Positions 17,328 through 26,644 of a stretch of 26,644 nucleotides of DNA are shown here, one piece after another (within the stretch, counting starts at the first letter, position 1; every line of letters starts with the position of its first letter). Both the position numbers and the translations under genes were made by a program. The notes beneath the pieces are model-generated. The model was not told the origin of the DNA, ran no database searches, and saw only the letters and a program-made list of their open reading frames with translations. This stretch comes from a virus (taxonomy: Duplodnaviria > Caudoviricetes): positions 1 through 26,644 of the IMG/VR virus record IMGVR_UViG_3300033146_002376. One strand, 5' to 3'.

Positions 17328-20300
17328 ATGTTAAATTTTAATACAGCACCGTATTTTGATGATTTTGATAAGAATAATAAATTTTATCGTATTCTATATA
17401 GACCATCATACGCCGTTCAAGGAAGAGAATTAACTCAAAGTCAATCTATTATTCAAGAACAAATTAAAAAATTTGGTGATCATATTTTTAAACATGGAGC
17501 TATGGTTCTTCCGGGTCAAATTACTCTTGATCAACAAGTATCATATCAAAAAATGATTGCTACTTATGGAAATCCTTCTAATCAAATTGATATTGATCCT
17601 AATAATTTTCTTAGTTACACCATTATAGGTGAATCTTCTGGTGTAGAAGGTATTGTTGTAAATGTAGCAGCTAAAGATGAAAATGATCCTTTAACTTTTT
17701 TTATAAAATTTAAAGATTCTGGTAATGATAAAGAATCAATTGGTTTTTGGGATGGTGAAACTATATATCGCAAAGATGATCCACAAATAAGAGCTATTAT
17801 TGAAGGAACTCTTAATGAAAGTGAACCTACATATAGTTCTACTGGAAAAGCTACAATGACTTCAATAGATAAAGGAGTTTATTATATTAATGGACTATTT
17901 ATTGATAATGATTCTCAATCTATAATTGTGAGTAAATATGATCAAACTCCTTCTTGTAAGGTTGGTTTAAGAGTATATGAATCTGTTATTACACCTGAAG
18001 AAAATTTATCTTTAACAGATAATGCTAAAGGTTCTCCAAATTATGCTGCTCCGGGAGCACATCGTTATAAAATTGTTCTTAAATTAGAATATATTAATGT
18101 TGATGATGATATTTCTGATGATTTTGTAGTTTTACAGATTCTTGATAAAGGTATTGTTACAAAAGAAATTCGTATTTCTGAATATAATGAACTTGAAAAA
18201 ACATTTGCTCGTAGAACATTTGATGAATCTGGTGATTATACTGTAAATCCATTTTCTATTATTATTAAAGAACATCTTCGTAAAGAAAATGATGAAAAAT
18301 ATAAAGAAGGAACTTTTTGGGAAACTGGAAAACCTACAGATACTACTGGTGTATATGCTCCTCCTTATGGAGATGAAACAAAACTTGTTGCTGAATTGGG
18401 AGAAGGTAAAGGATATGTTCAAGGACATGAAATAAGTAAAATTTCTAAATCAAATGTAGAACTTGATAAAGGTCGTGATTTTGAAGTATCAAATAATTCT
18501 GTTACTAATTTCTCTCTTGGAAATTATATAAAAATTGAAAATATTCATAATATTCCAAGAATTGATGAATTTGGAGAAATTCGTCTTTATCAGACAGTAT
18601 CAACTGCTGGAAATCATAATTCAGATCAATCAGGAATTGCTAAAGTAAGAGCTATTAAAAGATTTGGTGATATTTCTTATCTTTACATTTTTGATATTAA
18701 TATGATGGATGGATTTAATTTTGAAGATGATGTAAAATGGATATATGATACAAATGGTAATGGAACAAATAATTTTACTTGTTCTTTAATAGTAGAATCT
18801 GGAAATAAAACTTATTTATATAAATCTGATAAAAATGTTTTATTATTTCCTCTTCCAAATAATACAATTAAAACTCTTTCTGTAAGTGGGGCTGGAATTG
18901 ATACAAATTATGCTTCTTCTAGGGCATATTTTAATACAGGTATTGTAAGTAATACTGCTACTCTTGTTGCTAAAGATAATGAAGTATTTCAGCAAAATAC
19001 AGAATCATATTATATTTCATATTCATCAAATGGTGCAATAGTATCTAATCCTACATTTAATTTTACTGGTGCTCCTACAGGAAAAGTTTTAGAAATTGGT
19101 AATTTATCTGAACCTGTAAATATTATCGCTCCTGTTACAAAAACTATTAGTACACAAAAAACAAAATATTTACAAACAAATAATTCTATAATTATATCTA
19201 CACCAAATAAAGTTCAAAATGGTAGAGATTATTTAAAGAAAGCTGATGTTACAAGAATAAAAAATGTATATATGTCTCCTGATTTGTCAACTATACCTAC
19301 AATAAATGATGTTGATATTAGGGATAGATATCAAATGGATACTGGTTGTAGAGATAATTATTATGATATTGCTTCTATAATTCTTAATAGTGGTGAAAAT
19401 TCACCGACTGGTCAAATAATGATTGTATTTGATTATTTTACTCATACTGAAGGTGATTATTTTTCTGTTGATTCTTATGTAGATTTAACATATGAAGAAA
19501 TACCTGTATATGATTCTAGTGAAACTGGCGAAACATATGCTCTTGCAGATTGTTTTGATTTTAGACCTAGAAAATCAGATAATGGCGATTCATTTATTGG
19601 AACTGGGGGTTCTATTGGAGAATTACCTCAAGTATTAACAGATATTCGTTCAGATTATGAATATTATTTAAATAGAATTGATTATCTATATCTTGATTAT
19701 ACTGGCGAATTTATGATTGCAAAAGGTATTTCTGCTGTTAATCCTAAACCACCAGAAAAGCCAGAAATGGGAATGGTTCTTTATGAAATTTACATTCCTG
19801 CTTATACATTTATTCCTTCTGATGTTAAACCATCTTATAAAGATAATAAAAGATACACAATGCGTGATATTGGTAATCTTGATAAACGGATTGGTAATCT
19901 TGAGTATTATACTTCTTTAAGTCTTTTAGAACGTGAAACATCTTCAATGGAAATTCTTGATGAAAATGGATTAAATCGATTTAAAAATGGATTTATTGTT
20001 GATCCTTTTGATTCACATAAAGTTGGTGATGCTACTCATTCTGATTATAATTGTTCTATTGATCCTGAAAATAAAATAATGCGTCCAAAATTTAATGATG
20101 AAAATATTGGATTATTATTTGATAGTGATAATTCTTCTCATGTTCAGAGAACTGGTGGAATTGTAACTCTTCCATATACAGAGACAATTATTAATAAACA
20201 AACTCAAGCATCAAAATATGAGAATATTAATCCATATGCGTTTCGTAATATTTTTGGTAATTTGGTATTTAATCCTGATTCTGATGTTTGGCATGATAAG

Positions 20301-23216
20301 AAAATACTTCCAACATTAATTGTAAATAATTCTCCAAATTATGAAGCTCTTAAGTTTATTGCTGATAATACTAAAGAATTAAATGGTGTTGAATGGGGAA
20401 GATGGAATGATGTAGGTGGTCGTAAAAATGTAAGTACAAGTTCTTCTAGTTCTTCTAGTTCTACAGTATTTTCACGTAGAAGTACAGGTATATCTCATGA
20501 TGAAGGTTGGTTACAGAATAGAACAACATCATCATGGAGCGCAACTACATCTTGGAAACAAGATCAAAGTAGATCTGGTATAGCTCAAGTTCATAAAGAC
20601 TCAAATGTAATGTCAAAAAGTCTTGGTGATCGTATTACTGAAGTTAATTATATACCATATATGAGAAGTATTCCTGTTGTTATTAAAACAGATCAAATGA
20701 AAAAGAATACAAAAGTTTATCCATTCTTTGACGAAATTTCAATGAGTAAACATTGTGTTCCTCCTTCTAAAAATGATTATTGTACTCCTGCTTCTAAAAT
20801 TATATGTTCTTCTATATCTGGAACATTTAAAACAGAAAATTATAATGAAGAATATATAACCGGAAATGTTTCTGGTACAACTGCTGTTGTTATGTACCAA
20901 ACTGAAAACTATTTACTTATTCTTAATAGAAAAGGAACATTTCAGAATGGGGAAACTATAACAGGAAATAAATCTGGTGCTTCATGTGTAATTAGTTCAT
21001 TTGAAGATAATAATCTCGGAGATCCTATTATTACTGGTGAAATGGGAGAAGTTGTTCTTGTTTGGAATATTCCAAATGATGATGATCTAAAATTTATGAC
21101 AGGTGAACGTGAATTTATTCTTAATGATCAAAATACAAATGCTGATCCAGTTCATACAAAATCTAAAGGTATGTTTAAATCTCATGGTTTATCATCTAAA
21201 CAGGAAGATACGGTTCTTTCTACAAAAACTATAAAATTTACTAAAACTCCTGTAAGACAAAATCGTACTGTAAGTAGAAGTTCTACAAGAAGTGGAAGTA
21301 GTAGTAGTGTTGGAGATTGGTATGATCCTCTTGCTCAGTCATTCTTAATTAATGAATCTGGTGGTTGTTTTCTTACTAAAGTAAGAGTATGGTTTCAGAA
21401 TAAAGATACTGAAGAAGCTGTTATATGTGAGATTCGTAATATGGTTAATGGATATCCTGATCAAATTGCTTTATCAGAAACTACAGTTCAACCTAAAAAT
21501 GTTTCTGTATCTGAAAGAGCACCGGGAAATCCTACTGATTTTTATTTTCCAGAACCAATATATTTAAAAGAAGGAGAGAGTTACTGTTTTGTAATTAAAC
21601 CTACTGTAGCTTCATCTTCATATAATGTATGGGTTGCTGAAAGTGGAAAACTTGATTTAAGTTCGGGAGAAATTATTACAGGAAAAGAATCTCTTGGATC
21701 ATTATTTAAATCACAAAATGCTTCTACATGGACATCAAATCAAGATGAAGATATTATGTTTGAATTATCAAAAGCTGTTTTTGATATAACTTCTGATGGT
21801 TCATGCCAATTAGTAAATGATGTGATACGTCCTGAACTTTTAAAAAATAATCCTATTGAAACACAACAGGGATCTGAAAAAGTTCGTATATACCAAAAAG
21901 ATCATGGTTTAACTGATGGTTCAATGTATAATATTTCTGGATTAGAATCTGGAATAGATTATAATGGATTTTTAGGTTCTCAATTAAATGGTATTCATAT
22001 GATTACTGATAACGAGATTGATTCTTTTGTTATAGTAATTAATGGAACACAAGCCACTGATACTGGTCTTACTGGTGGAACTACAGTTATGGGAACAAAA
22101 AATTATCAACTTGATGTCGCACATCCTCTTGTTAATGAATTAATTCTTGATGAAACTTATGTTGATTGGCAACTACAAACAACTACAGGACAATCTATAG
22201 ATGGAAATCAAACACATTATTTAACTGAACCTTATATTGATATTATTAATAATGAAGATATCGATATGTCTAAACCTATGTTAATTGCTTCAAATTATAA
22301 TGAAGATCAATATTTAAGAAGTGAAAAATCTCTTAAACTCATGGGAACAATGCATTCTGATAATAAAAATGTTTCTCCTGTAATTGATGCTCAACAGTAT
22401 GATGCTAATACTGAAAATGGAGAAGATATATATTTTAATCATAGTTCTTCTACATTAATTGCTATATCAAATAGAATTGATTTTCCTTCAATAGGAACAT
22501 GGGATATTGGAACTGATGTAATATTTTCTATTGGTAATGGAGAAGACGAATTAAATATTATACATTCTGATCATGAAATGGGAACAGGATCATTTATATA
22601 TATTTCAGATTTTAATGATAATATTGCGGGTTTAACTGATTTTGATCCAAATGGTCTTCATGAAATACGTGTTATTGATAAAGATCATTATCTTATAGAT
22701 ATGGGAGAAACTGTTACTACAGGTTATTCTGGATCTGGTGATGATACAAGTGGAAATAATAAAACTAAAATAGCATTTTCAGAATCGCATTTTGTATATG
22801 TTCCTGAAAATCGTTCATTTAATTGTTCTACGTCATCTCGTTATATGACTAAACAAGTAACTCTTACCGAACCTGCTGAAAATTTTAAAATTTTCTTTGG
22901 TGCTGTAAGACAACAAGAAGCTGATATTGATGTATATTATAAAATTAGAAGTCCTTATGAGGTAACAGAATGGAATGAAATTAATTGGATTAGATTGGAT
23001 GCTCCTGATGAAGATGTTGCTATTTCAGAATCAAATACTGATTTTAAAGATTATTCATTTACAGTTGAGATTGATAGTAATGATCCAAATAAACCATGGA
23101 ATAAATTAAATCCACCTGTTCCATTTAATGCAATTTCAATAAAAATTGTTATGAAAAGCACAAATTCAACTCAAGTACCGATTTTTCAAGATTTTAGATT
23201 GATCTGTACAACATAA
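17328..23216 (+). CDS. Large virion structural protein, DUF4815 (VrlC-like) family
   Basis: 1962 aa; NFN.APYFDDFD..KFYRIL.RP..AVQ.RELTQ.QS, NYAAPGAHR, ARRTFDESGDY.V.PF, NKRYTMRDIG.L..RI..LEYYTSLSLLE, RFKNGF.VD.F, DPLAQSF and GSLFKSQN.STW; follows gp8 as in marine T4-like phages. Confidence 0.9.
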   Translation: MLNFNTAPYFDDFDKNNKFYRILYRPSYAVQGRELTQSQSIIQEQIKKFGDHIFKHGAMVLPGQITLDQQVSYQKMIATYGNPSNQIDIDPNNFLSYTIIGESSGVEGIVVNVAAKDENDPLTFFIKFKDSGNDKESIGFWDGETIYRKDDPQIRAIIEGTLNESEPTYSSTGKATMTSIDKGVYYINGLFIDNDSQSIIVSKYDQTPSCKVGLRVYESVITPEENLSLTDNAKGSPNYAAPGAHRYKIVLKLEYINVDDDISDDFVVLQILDKGIVTKEIRISEYNELEKTFARRTFDESGDYTVNPFSIIIKEHLRKENDEKYKEGTFWETGKPTDTTGVYAPPYGDETKLVAELGEGKGYVQGHEISKISKSNVELDKGRDFEVSNNSVTNFSLGNYIKIENIHNIPRIDEFGEIRLYQTVSTAGNHNSDQSGIAKVRAIKRFGDISYLYIFDINMMDGFNFEDDVKWIYDTNGNGTNNFTCSLIVESGNKTYLYKSDKNVLLFPLPNNTIKTLSVSGAGIDTNYASSRAYFNTGIVSNTATLVAKDNEVFQQNTESYYISYSSNGAIVSNPTFNFTGAPTGKVLEIGNLSEPVNIIAPVTKTISTQKTKYLQTNNSIIISTPNKVQNGRDYLKKADVTRIKNVYMSPDLSTIPTINDVDIRDRYQMDTGCRDNYYDIASIILNSGENSPTGQIMIVFDYFTHTEGDYFSVDSYVDLTYEEIPVYDSSETGETYALADCFDFRPRKSDNGDSFIGTGGSIGELPQVLTDIRSDYEYYLNRIDYLYLDYTGEFMIAKGISAVNPKPPEKPEMGMVLYEIYIPAYTFIPSDVKPSYKDNKRYTMRDIGNLDKRIGNLEYYTSLSLLERETSSMEILDENGLNRFKNGFIVDPFDSHKVGDATHSDYNCSIDPENKIMRPKFNDENIGLLFDSDNSSHVQRTGGIVTLPYTETIINKQTQASKYENINPYAFRNIFGNLVFNPDSDVWHDKKILPTLIVNNSPNYEALKFIADNTKELNGVEWGRWNDVGGRKNVSTSSSSSSSSTVFSRRSTGISHDEGWLQNRTTSSWSATTSWKQDQSRSGIAQVHKDSNVMSKSLGDRITEVNYIPYMRSIPVVIKTDQMKKNTKVYPFFDEISMSKHCVPPSKNDYCTPASKIICSSISGTFKTENYNEEYITGNVSGTTAVVMYQTENYLLILNRKGTFQNGETITGNKSGASCVISSFEDNNLGDPIITGEMGEVVLVWNIPNDDDLKFMTGEREFILNDQNTNADPVHTKSKGMFKSHGLSSKQEDTVLSTKTIKFTKTPVRQNRTVSRSSTRSGSSSSVGDWYDPLAQSFLINESGGCFLTKVRVWFQNKDTEEAVICEIRNMVNGYPDQIALSETTVQPKNVSVSERAPGNPTDFYFPEPIYLKEGESYCFVIKPTVASSSYNVWVAESGKLDLSSGEIITGKESLGSLFKSQNASTWTSNQDEDIMFELSKAVFDITSDGSCQLVNDVIRPELLKNNPIETQQGSEKVRIYQKDHGLTDGSMYNISGLESGIDYNGFLGSQLNGIHMITDNEIDSFVIVINGTQATDTGLTGGTTVMGTKNYQLDVAHPLVNELILDETYVDWQLQTTTGQSIDGNQTHYLTEPYIDIINNEDIDMSKPMLIASNYNEDQYLRSEKSLKLMGTMHSDNKNVSPVIDAQQYDANTENGEDIYFNHSSSTLIAISNRIDFPSIGTWDIGTDVIFSIGNGEDELNIIHSDHEMGTGSFIYISDFNDNIAGLTDFDPNGLHEIRVIDKDHYLIDMGETVTTGYSGSGDDTSGNNKTKIAFSESHFVYVPENRSFNCSTSSRYMTKQVTLTEPAENFKIFFGAVRQQEADIDVYYKIRSPYEVTEWNEINWIRLDAPDEDVAISESNTDFKDYSFTVEIDSNDPNKPWNKLNPPVPFNAISIKIVMKSTNSTQVPIFQDFRLICTT

Positions 23217-23224
23217 ATAAAGAT

Positions 23225-23479
23225 ATGAATAGTATAAAAGATTTTCAAAAAAAGACAAGTGGGGCTGTTGTAAATACAAATTCTAAAGATTATATGAGAG
23301 CAAGAAATCGTAATCATATAAGGAGAATTCAGCAACAAATGTTTGGAGATAATGAACATGAAGGTGATATATCTAAAGTAATTCGTTATCAGAATCATGA
23401 TCATAAAGTTATTAAAAATATAGAAAATGATATTAAGACTATAAAACAATTATTAGAACAAATAGTGGGAGATAAATAA
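23225..23479 (+). CDS. Small coiled-coil protein typically found after DUF4815 genes
   Basis: 84 aa; SGAVVNTN..DY motif and C-terminal heptads IKNIENDIKTIKQLLEQIV; CATAAATA at 23212-23219 just upstream. Confidence 0.7.
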   Translation: MNSIKDFQKKTSGAVVNTNSKDYMRARNRNHIRRIQQQMFGDNEHEGDISKVIRYQNHDHKVIKNIENDIKTIKQLLEQIVGDK

Positions 23480-24363
23480 TGTCAGTAATTTTAGTTTCAT
23501 TAGAAGATACATTCAATCAATGGAGAAAAAAAACTAATGATATTTCTCTTATAGTTGGTGATATTGATTATATGGTTTCAAATGAATCAACTGTAATACG
23601 TGCTATTAATGAGAATTTTAATCATATTGGAAATCTTGATGGTCTTACAACAGATATAAAAGATAATTTAGTAGATTCTATTAATGAAATTGATTTTAAT
23701 GTAAATATAAATAGCGTAAATATTGGTGATCTTACATTATTAACAACAATAGATAAATCATCTCTTGTAAATGCTATTAATGAACTTGATAGTGATATAG
23801 GAGATTTGCCCGATCTTACAACAAATGATAAAACAAATATAGTAAGTGCTATTAATGAAGTTGATGGAAATGTAGACGACATTATATTTAAAGTTGGTGA
23901 TTTAACAACATTAACTACTACAGAAAAGGGAACTATTGTAGGTGCTATTAATGAAGTTGATCTTCATTCTGATCAAAATAAAGATAATATAGGAAATTTA
24001 CCAGATCTTATTACAACAACAAAAGTAAATCTTGTTCTATCTACTAATGAAGTAAAAACTCAAGCAAATACTAATACATCTAATATTGGAGATATGAATC
24101 TTGATACTACATCTTCAGATTTAACAGAAGCTGTAAATGAAGTATATACTTCTACATTATCTATTGGTAATACAAATAATTTAACAACAGATTCAAAATC
24201 ATCTCTTGTATCTGCTATTAATGAAGTTGATGCTCATACAGATACAAATTCTTCTTCTATTGGTGATGTAACATTATTAGAAACAGATGATAAAACTTCT
24301 TTAGTAAATGCTATTAATGAGTCAATAGAATTATCAGTAGCTTTTGCTATAGCTCTTGGTTAA
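23479..24363 (+). CDS. Fibrous virion protein with nine IG(D/N)L..LTT..K..LV.AINE repeats
   Basis: N-terminal V...DTFNQWRKKTN, nine repeats of about 25 or 32 aa, C-terminal AFAIALG*; TAATG-coupled to the upstream gene. Confidence 0.8.
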   Translation: MSVILVSLEDTFNQWRKKTNDISLIVGDIDYMVSNESTVIRAINENFNHIGNLDGLTTDIKDNLVDSINEIDFNVNINSVNIGDLTLLTTIDKSSLVNAINELDSDIGDLPDLTTNDKTNIVSAINEVDGNVDDIIFKVGDLTTLTTTEKGTIVGAINEVDLHSDQNKDNIGNLPDLITTTKVNLVLSTNEVKTQANTNTSNIGDMNLDTTSSDLTEAVNEVYTSTLSIGNTNNLTTDSKSSLVSAINEVDAHTDTNSSSIGDVTLLETDDKTSLVNAINESIELSVAFAIALG

Positions 24364-24366
24364 TAA

Positions 24367-25137
24367 ATGTCAGATTTTAATAAAATAATTTTTAATTATA
24401 TTACAATATTTGATAATCCAGATGTAAATATTACATATAGAAATGATATTTCTAGTAATATATCTTTTTCTGATACTGCTAAAATATTTGATATATTTAA
24501 AGTAAATAATATTGATGATATAAAATTTAAGATTCATTCAATAGGAATAATTTCAGATTATATTAAAAGAATTTCTGATGATTATGTAAAATTTGGTAAT
24601 ATATCAAAGGCATTAGTATATTTCAAAACTAAAATTAATGATGATATACAATTATCTGATAATTCTATATCTCATATGACAACACATAAATATGCTTCCG
24701 ATAAGTCTATAATTAGGACAAAAGCATATTGTAATGTTATATACGGAAATGATAATGTAAATGATGAATCTAAATTTTCTGATTCTGTTTTTGCTATTAT
24801 ATCAAGAAATTCAACAAGAAGATTTAAAAATGCTGTATTTAGTCTTCTTGGAACTACAGAAGAAATAATTTATACATGTTCTGGAAAATCTGCTACTATT
24901 ATGAATATTTCTATATGTAATAGAACATTAAATGATGTTAATGTTGATATTTTATTATATAAATCTGGAAATCCAATATATATAATAAAACAATTATTAA
25001 TTAAATCACATCAAGCATATGTTATAAATAATAATAATGAGACAAATATTCAATTAGAAGGAAATGATGATATAAGAGTAGTTACTGATACTACAAATTC
25101 TTCTGATATTTATATGGCTTTAATGGAACAATTATAG
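24367..25137 (+). CDS. Putative virion appendage protein; C-terminal ~105 aa paralogous to the next gene
   Basis: C-terminal FKNAVFSLLGTTEEIIYTC...ATIMNISICN...IQLEGNDDIRV....SSDIYMALME aligns by eye with 25147..25491. Confidence 0.7.
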   Translation: MSDFNKIIFNYITIFDNPDVNITYRNDISSNISFSDTAKIFDIFKVNNIDDIKFKIHSIGIISDYIKRISDDYVKFGNISKALVYFKTKINDDIQLSDNSISHMTTHKYASDKSIIRTKAYCNVIYGNDNVNDESKFSDSVFAIISRNSTRRFKNAVFSLLGTTEEIIYTCSGKSATIMNISICNRTLNDVNVDILLYKSGNPIYIIKQLLIKSHQAYVINNNNETNIQLEGNDDIRVVTDTTNSSDIYMALMEQL

Positions 25138-25146
25138 GAAAATAAA

Positions 25147-25491
25147 ATGTCAATAGATTTTAAAAATAAAACAACACAAGGGGTAGGAACTGGCTTTACT
25201 GATGTTTATGTATGCCCCGGAAATATAAAATCATCTGTAATTTTTGGTATGACTATCGCAAATGTAGAATCAAGTTCTATTCCAATTACAGTAGAAGCAA
25301 GAATTGAAGATTTATCAGCAACAACATATACTCATATTGTGGCACCAGATACTCCTATTGAAGTAGGCGCATCTCTTGTTCCTGCTGGTGGTATTCAAAA
25401 AATAGTTTTAGAACCGGGCGATAAAATTCAGGTTGCTTGTTCTGATGCAAGTGGAGCTGATGTAACAATTTCAGCATTAGAACTTTCATAA
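25147..25491 (+). CDS. Small beta-sandwich virion / fibre-associated protein
   Basis: 114 aa; FKN....VGT....VY.CP....SVIFGMTIAN...KIVLEPGDKIQV.......DVTISALE, a pattern I associate with genes following AIALG-ending phage fibres. Confidence 0.7.
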   Translation: MSIDFKNKTTQGVGTGFTDVYVCPGNIKSSVIFGMTIANVESSSIPITVEARIEDLSATTYTHIVAPDTPIEVGASLVPAGGIQKIVLEPGDKIQVACSDASGADVTISALELS

Positions 25492-25504
25492 AAAAGAGGA
25501 AAAT

Positions 25505-26644
25505 ATGTATATAGGAAGAGAAGCACAATTACAAGGTGCATATGATAAAGTTGATGATATATCAAGTCAGTTTGATGGAAATATAACAACATTTGATATA
25601 AAAGTTAATACAGTTAGTCGTATGATTGGTAAACCTACTAATCTCATTGTTGCTCTTAATAGAGAAATACAAGAACCTAATGATGATTATCAAGTTTCAA
25701 ATAGTCAAATTATATTTACTGTAGCTCCTGCAAGTGGTGTTAAATGTTTTATAACTATTCTTGGTGATGTTTTTAAAGCTCCAACAACAGGAAATACTGA
25801 TTTAAATAGTCTTACTGATGTTGTAATTGGTTCTGAAAGTGATAATGAAGTTCTTACATATAGTAGTGGGTCGTGGGTAAATTTACCTCAAGGAACTACT
25901 CATTTAAGTAATAATACAGACGTTGATACTTCTACTGCTGTTAATGGTGATATTCTTACATTTGATGGTGTAAAATGGTCTGGTGAATCTAATAGTTTAG
26001 ATAATATTAGTGATGTTAATATTTCATCTCCATCAAATAATCAAATTCTTACATGGAATAATAATGATAGTGAATGGCAAGCAATGGATGCTCAATCAAC
26101 AGTTTCTGTTATTGATGATCTTAATGATGTTGATACTACTACATTACTTCCGGCTATTGATCAAATTCTTACATGGGATGGATCAAATTGGACACCTAAA
26201 GATACACAATCAACTGTAAATGAAATGGATGATCTTTCTGATACAGATACATCTACAGTTCCTCCTATTGATGGACAAGCTCTTGTATGGAATTCTTCAT
26301 TAGCTAAATGGAATCCCGGAACTGTATCTGGTGGTGGAGGTGCTTCAGTTATTGATGATCTTAATGATGTTGATACTACTACAAATTCTCCTAATGCTGG
26401 TCAGGCTCTTATATGGGATGGTGTAAATAGTGTATGGATTCCCGGAACTGTGTCTGGTGGAAGTGGTGGAAGTATAAATGATCTTTCTGATGTTGATACA
26501 TCTACTACTACTCCTACAAACGGTCAAGTATTGAAATGGAATTCTACAAGTAGTTTATGGATTCCTCAAAATGATGAAGGTGATGGAGGATCTGTTGAAA
26601 TTTCTACAGGAAATATAGAAATATATTTATCAGCTACAGGAGAT
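25505..26644 (+). CDS. 3'-truncated tail-fibre-like protein with seven L..L.DV...GQ.L.W...W repeats
   Basis: Not in the ORF track (no stop in the window). GAGG RBS, then ATG 25505: MYIGREAQLQGAYDKVDDISSQFDGNITTFDI...NLIVALNREIQEPNDDY....QIIFTVAP, seven repeats, and EIYLSATGD at the edge; 380 open codons. Confidence 0.88.
   Translation, partial: MYIGREAQLQGAYDKVDDISSQFDGNITTFDIKVNTVSRMIGKPTNLIVALNREIQEPNDDYQVSNSQIIFTVAPASGVKCFITILGDVFKAPTTGNTDLNSLTDVVIGSESDNEVLTYSSGSWVNLPQGTTHLSNNTDVDTSTAVNGDILTFDGVKWSGESNSLDNISDVNISSPSNNQILTWNNNDSEWQAMDAQSTVSVIDDLNDVDTTTLLPAIDQILTWDGSNWTPKDTQSTVNEMDDLSDTDTSTVPPIDGQALVWNSSLAKWNPGTVSGGGGASVIDDLNDVDTTTNSPNAGQALIWDGVNSVWIPGTVSGGSGGSINDLSDVDTSTTTPTNGQVLKWNSTSSLWIPQNDEGDGGSVEISTGNIEIYLSATGD
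26108..26383 (+). repeat. 36-bp exact direct repeat inside the fibre gene
   Basis: GTTATTGATGATCTTAATGATGTTGATACTACTACA at 26108-26143 and 26348-26383 (240 nt apart, in frame). Confidence 0.9.

Noticed and set aside
17328-23216. Intein or intron in the 1962-aa gene
   Set aside because: No splicing or LAGLIDADG/HNH motifs seen; large size is normal for DUF4815 proteins.
507-25030. Intragenic TATAAATA matches (507, 23706, 25023)
   Set aside because: Expected by chance at this AT content and not in intergenic positions.
26108-26383. 36-bp repeats as a CRISPR array or a DGR template/variable pair
   Set aside because: Only two in-frame coding copies, 240 nt apart and identical; no adenine-specific mismatches, reverse transcriptase or cas genes in the window.
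1161-26527. Other short nested ORFs (1161, 1490, 6024, 6613, 7365, 9942, 10040, 10382, 10404, 11756, 14872, 15548, 18132, 19717, 23186, 23622, 26010, 26345)
   Set aside because: All overlap well-supported genes, on the opposite strand or in an alternative frame, and have shadow-like composition.

Overview
A very AT-rich, densely coding segment of a T4-like (Tevenvirinae/Kyanoviridae-style) myovirus genome, read in standard code 11. From left to right: the end of an unknown Cys/His ORF, then gp33, gp59 and gp32, and a perfectly palindromic terminator. A leftward late operon follows (gp4, gp2, gp54-like, gp26, a short gp51 missed by the ORF track, and a tape-measure/gp29-like gene). Overlapping divergent T4-type late promoters then lead into a rightward baseplate operon: gp48, gp53, gp27-like hub, gp5 spike, gp25, gp6, gp7, gp8, a 1962-aa DUF4815 protein, and fibre/appendage genes running off the right edge. 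Four things stand out. (1) A U8 slippery run at the gp26/gp51 junction is correctly phased for a -1 frameshift, like lambda G/GT chaperones upstream of a tape measure. (2) All 15 Pro-Gly and all 5 Gly-Pro pairs use rare GC-ending codons that avoid CCWGG and GGWCC. (3) gp5 lacks a recognisable lysozyme, has an 8-to-7-residue beta-helix, ends in a 13-Cys domain with a CxxCH motif, and has no adjacent PAAR gene. (4) An 11-nt tandem repeat fills the gp32 leader. All product calls come from motif recognition and synteny by eye; no database searches were run.
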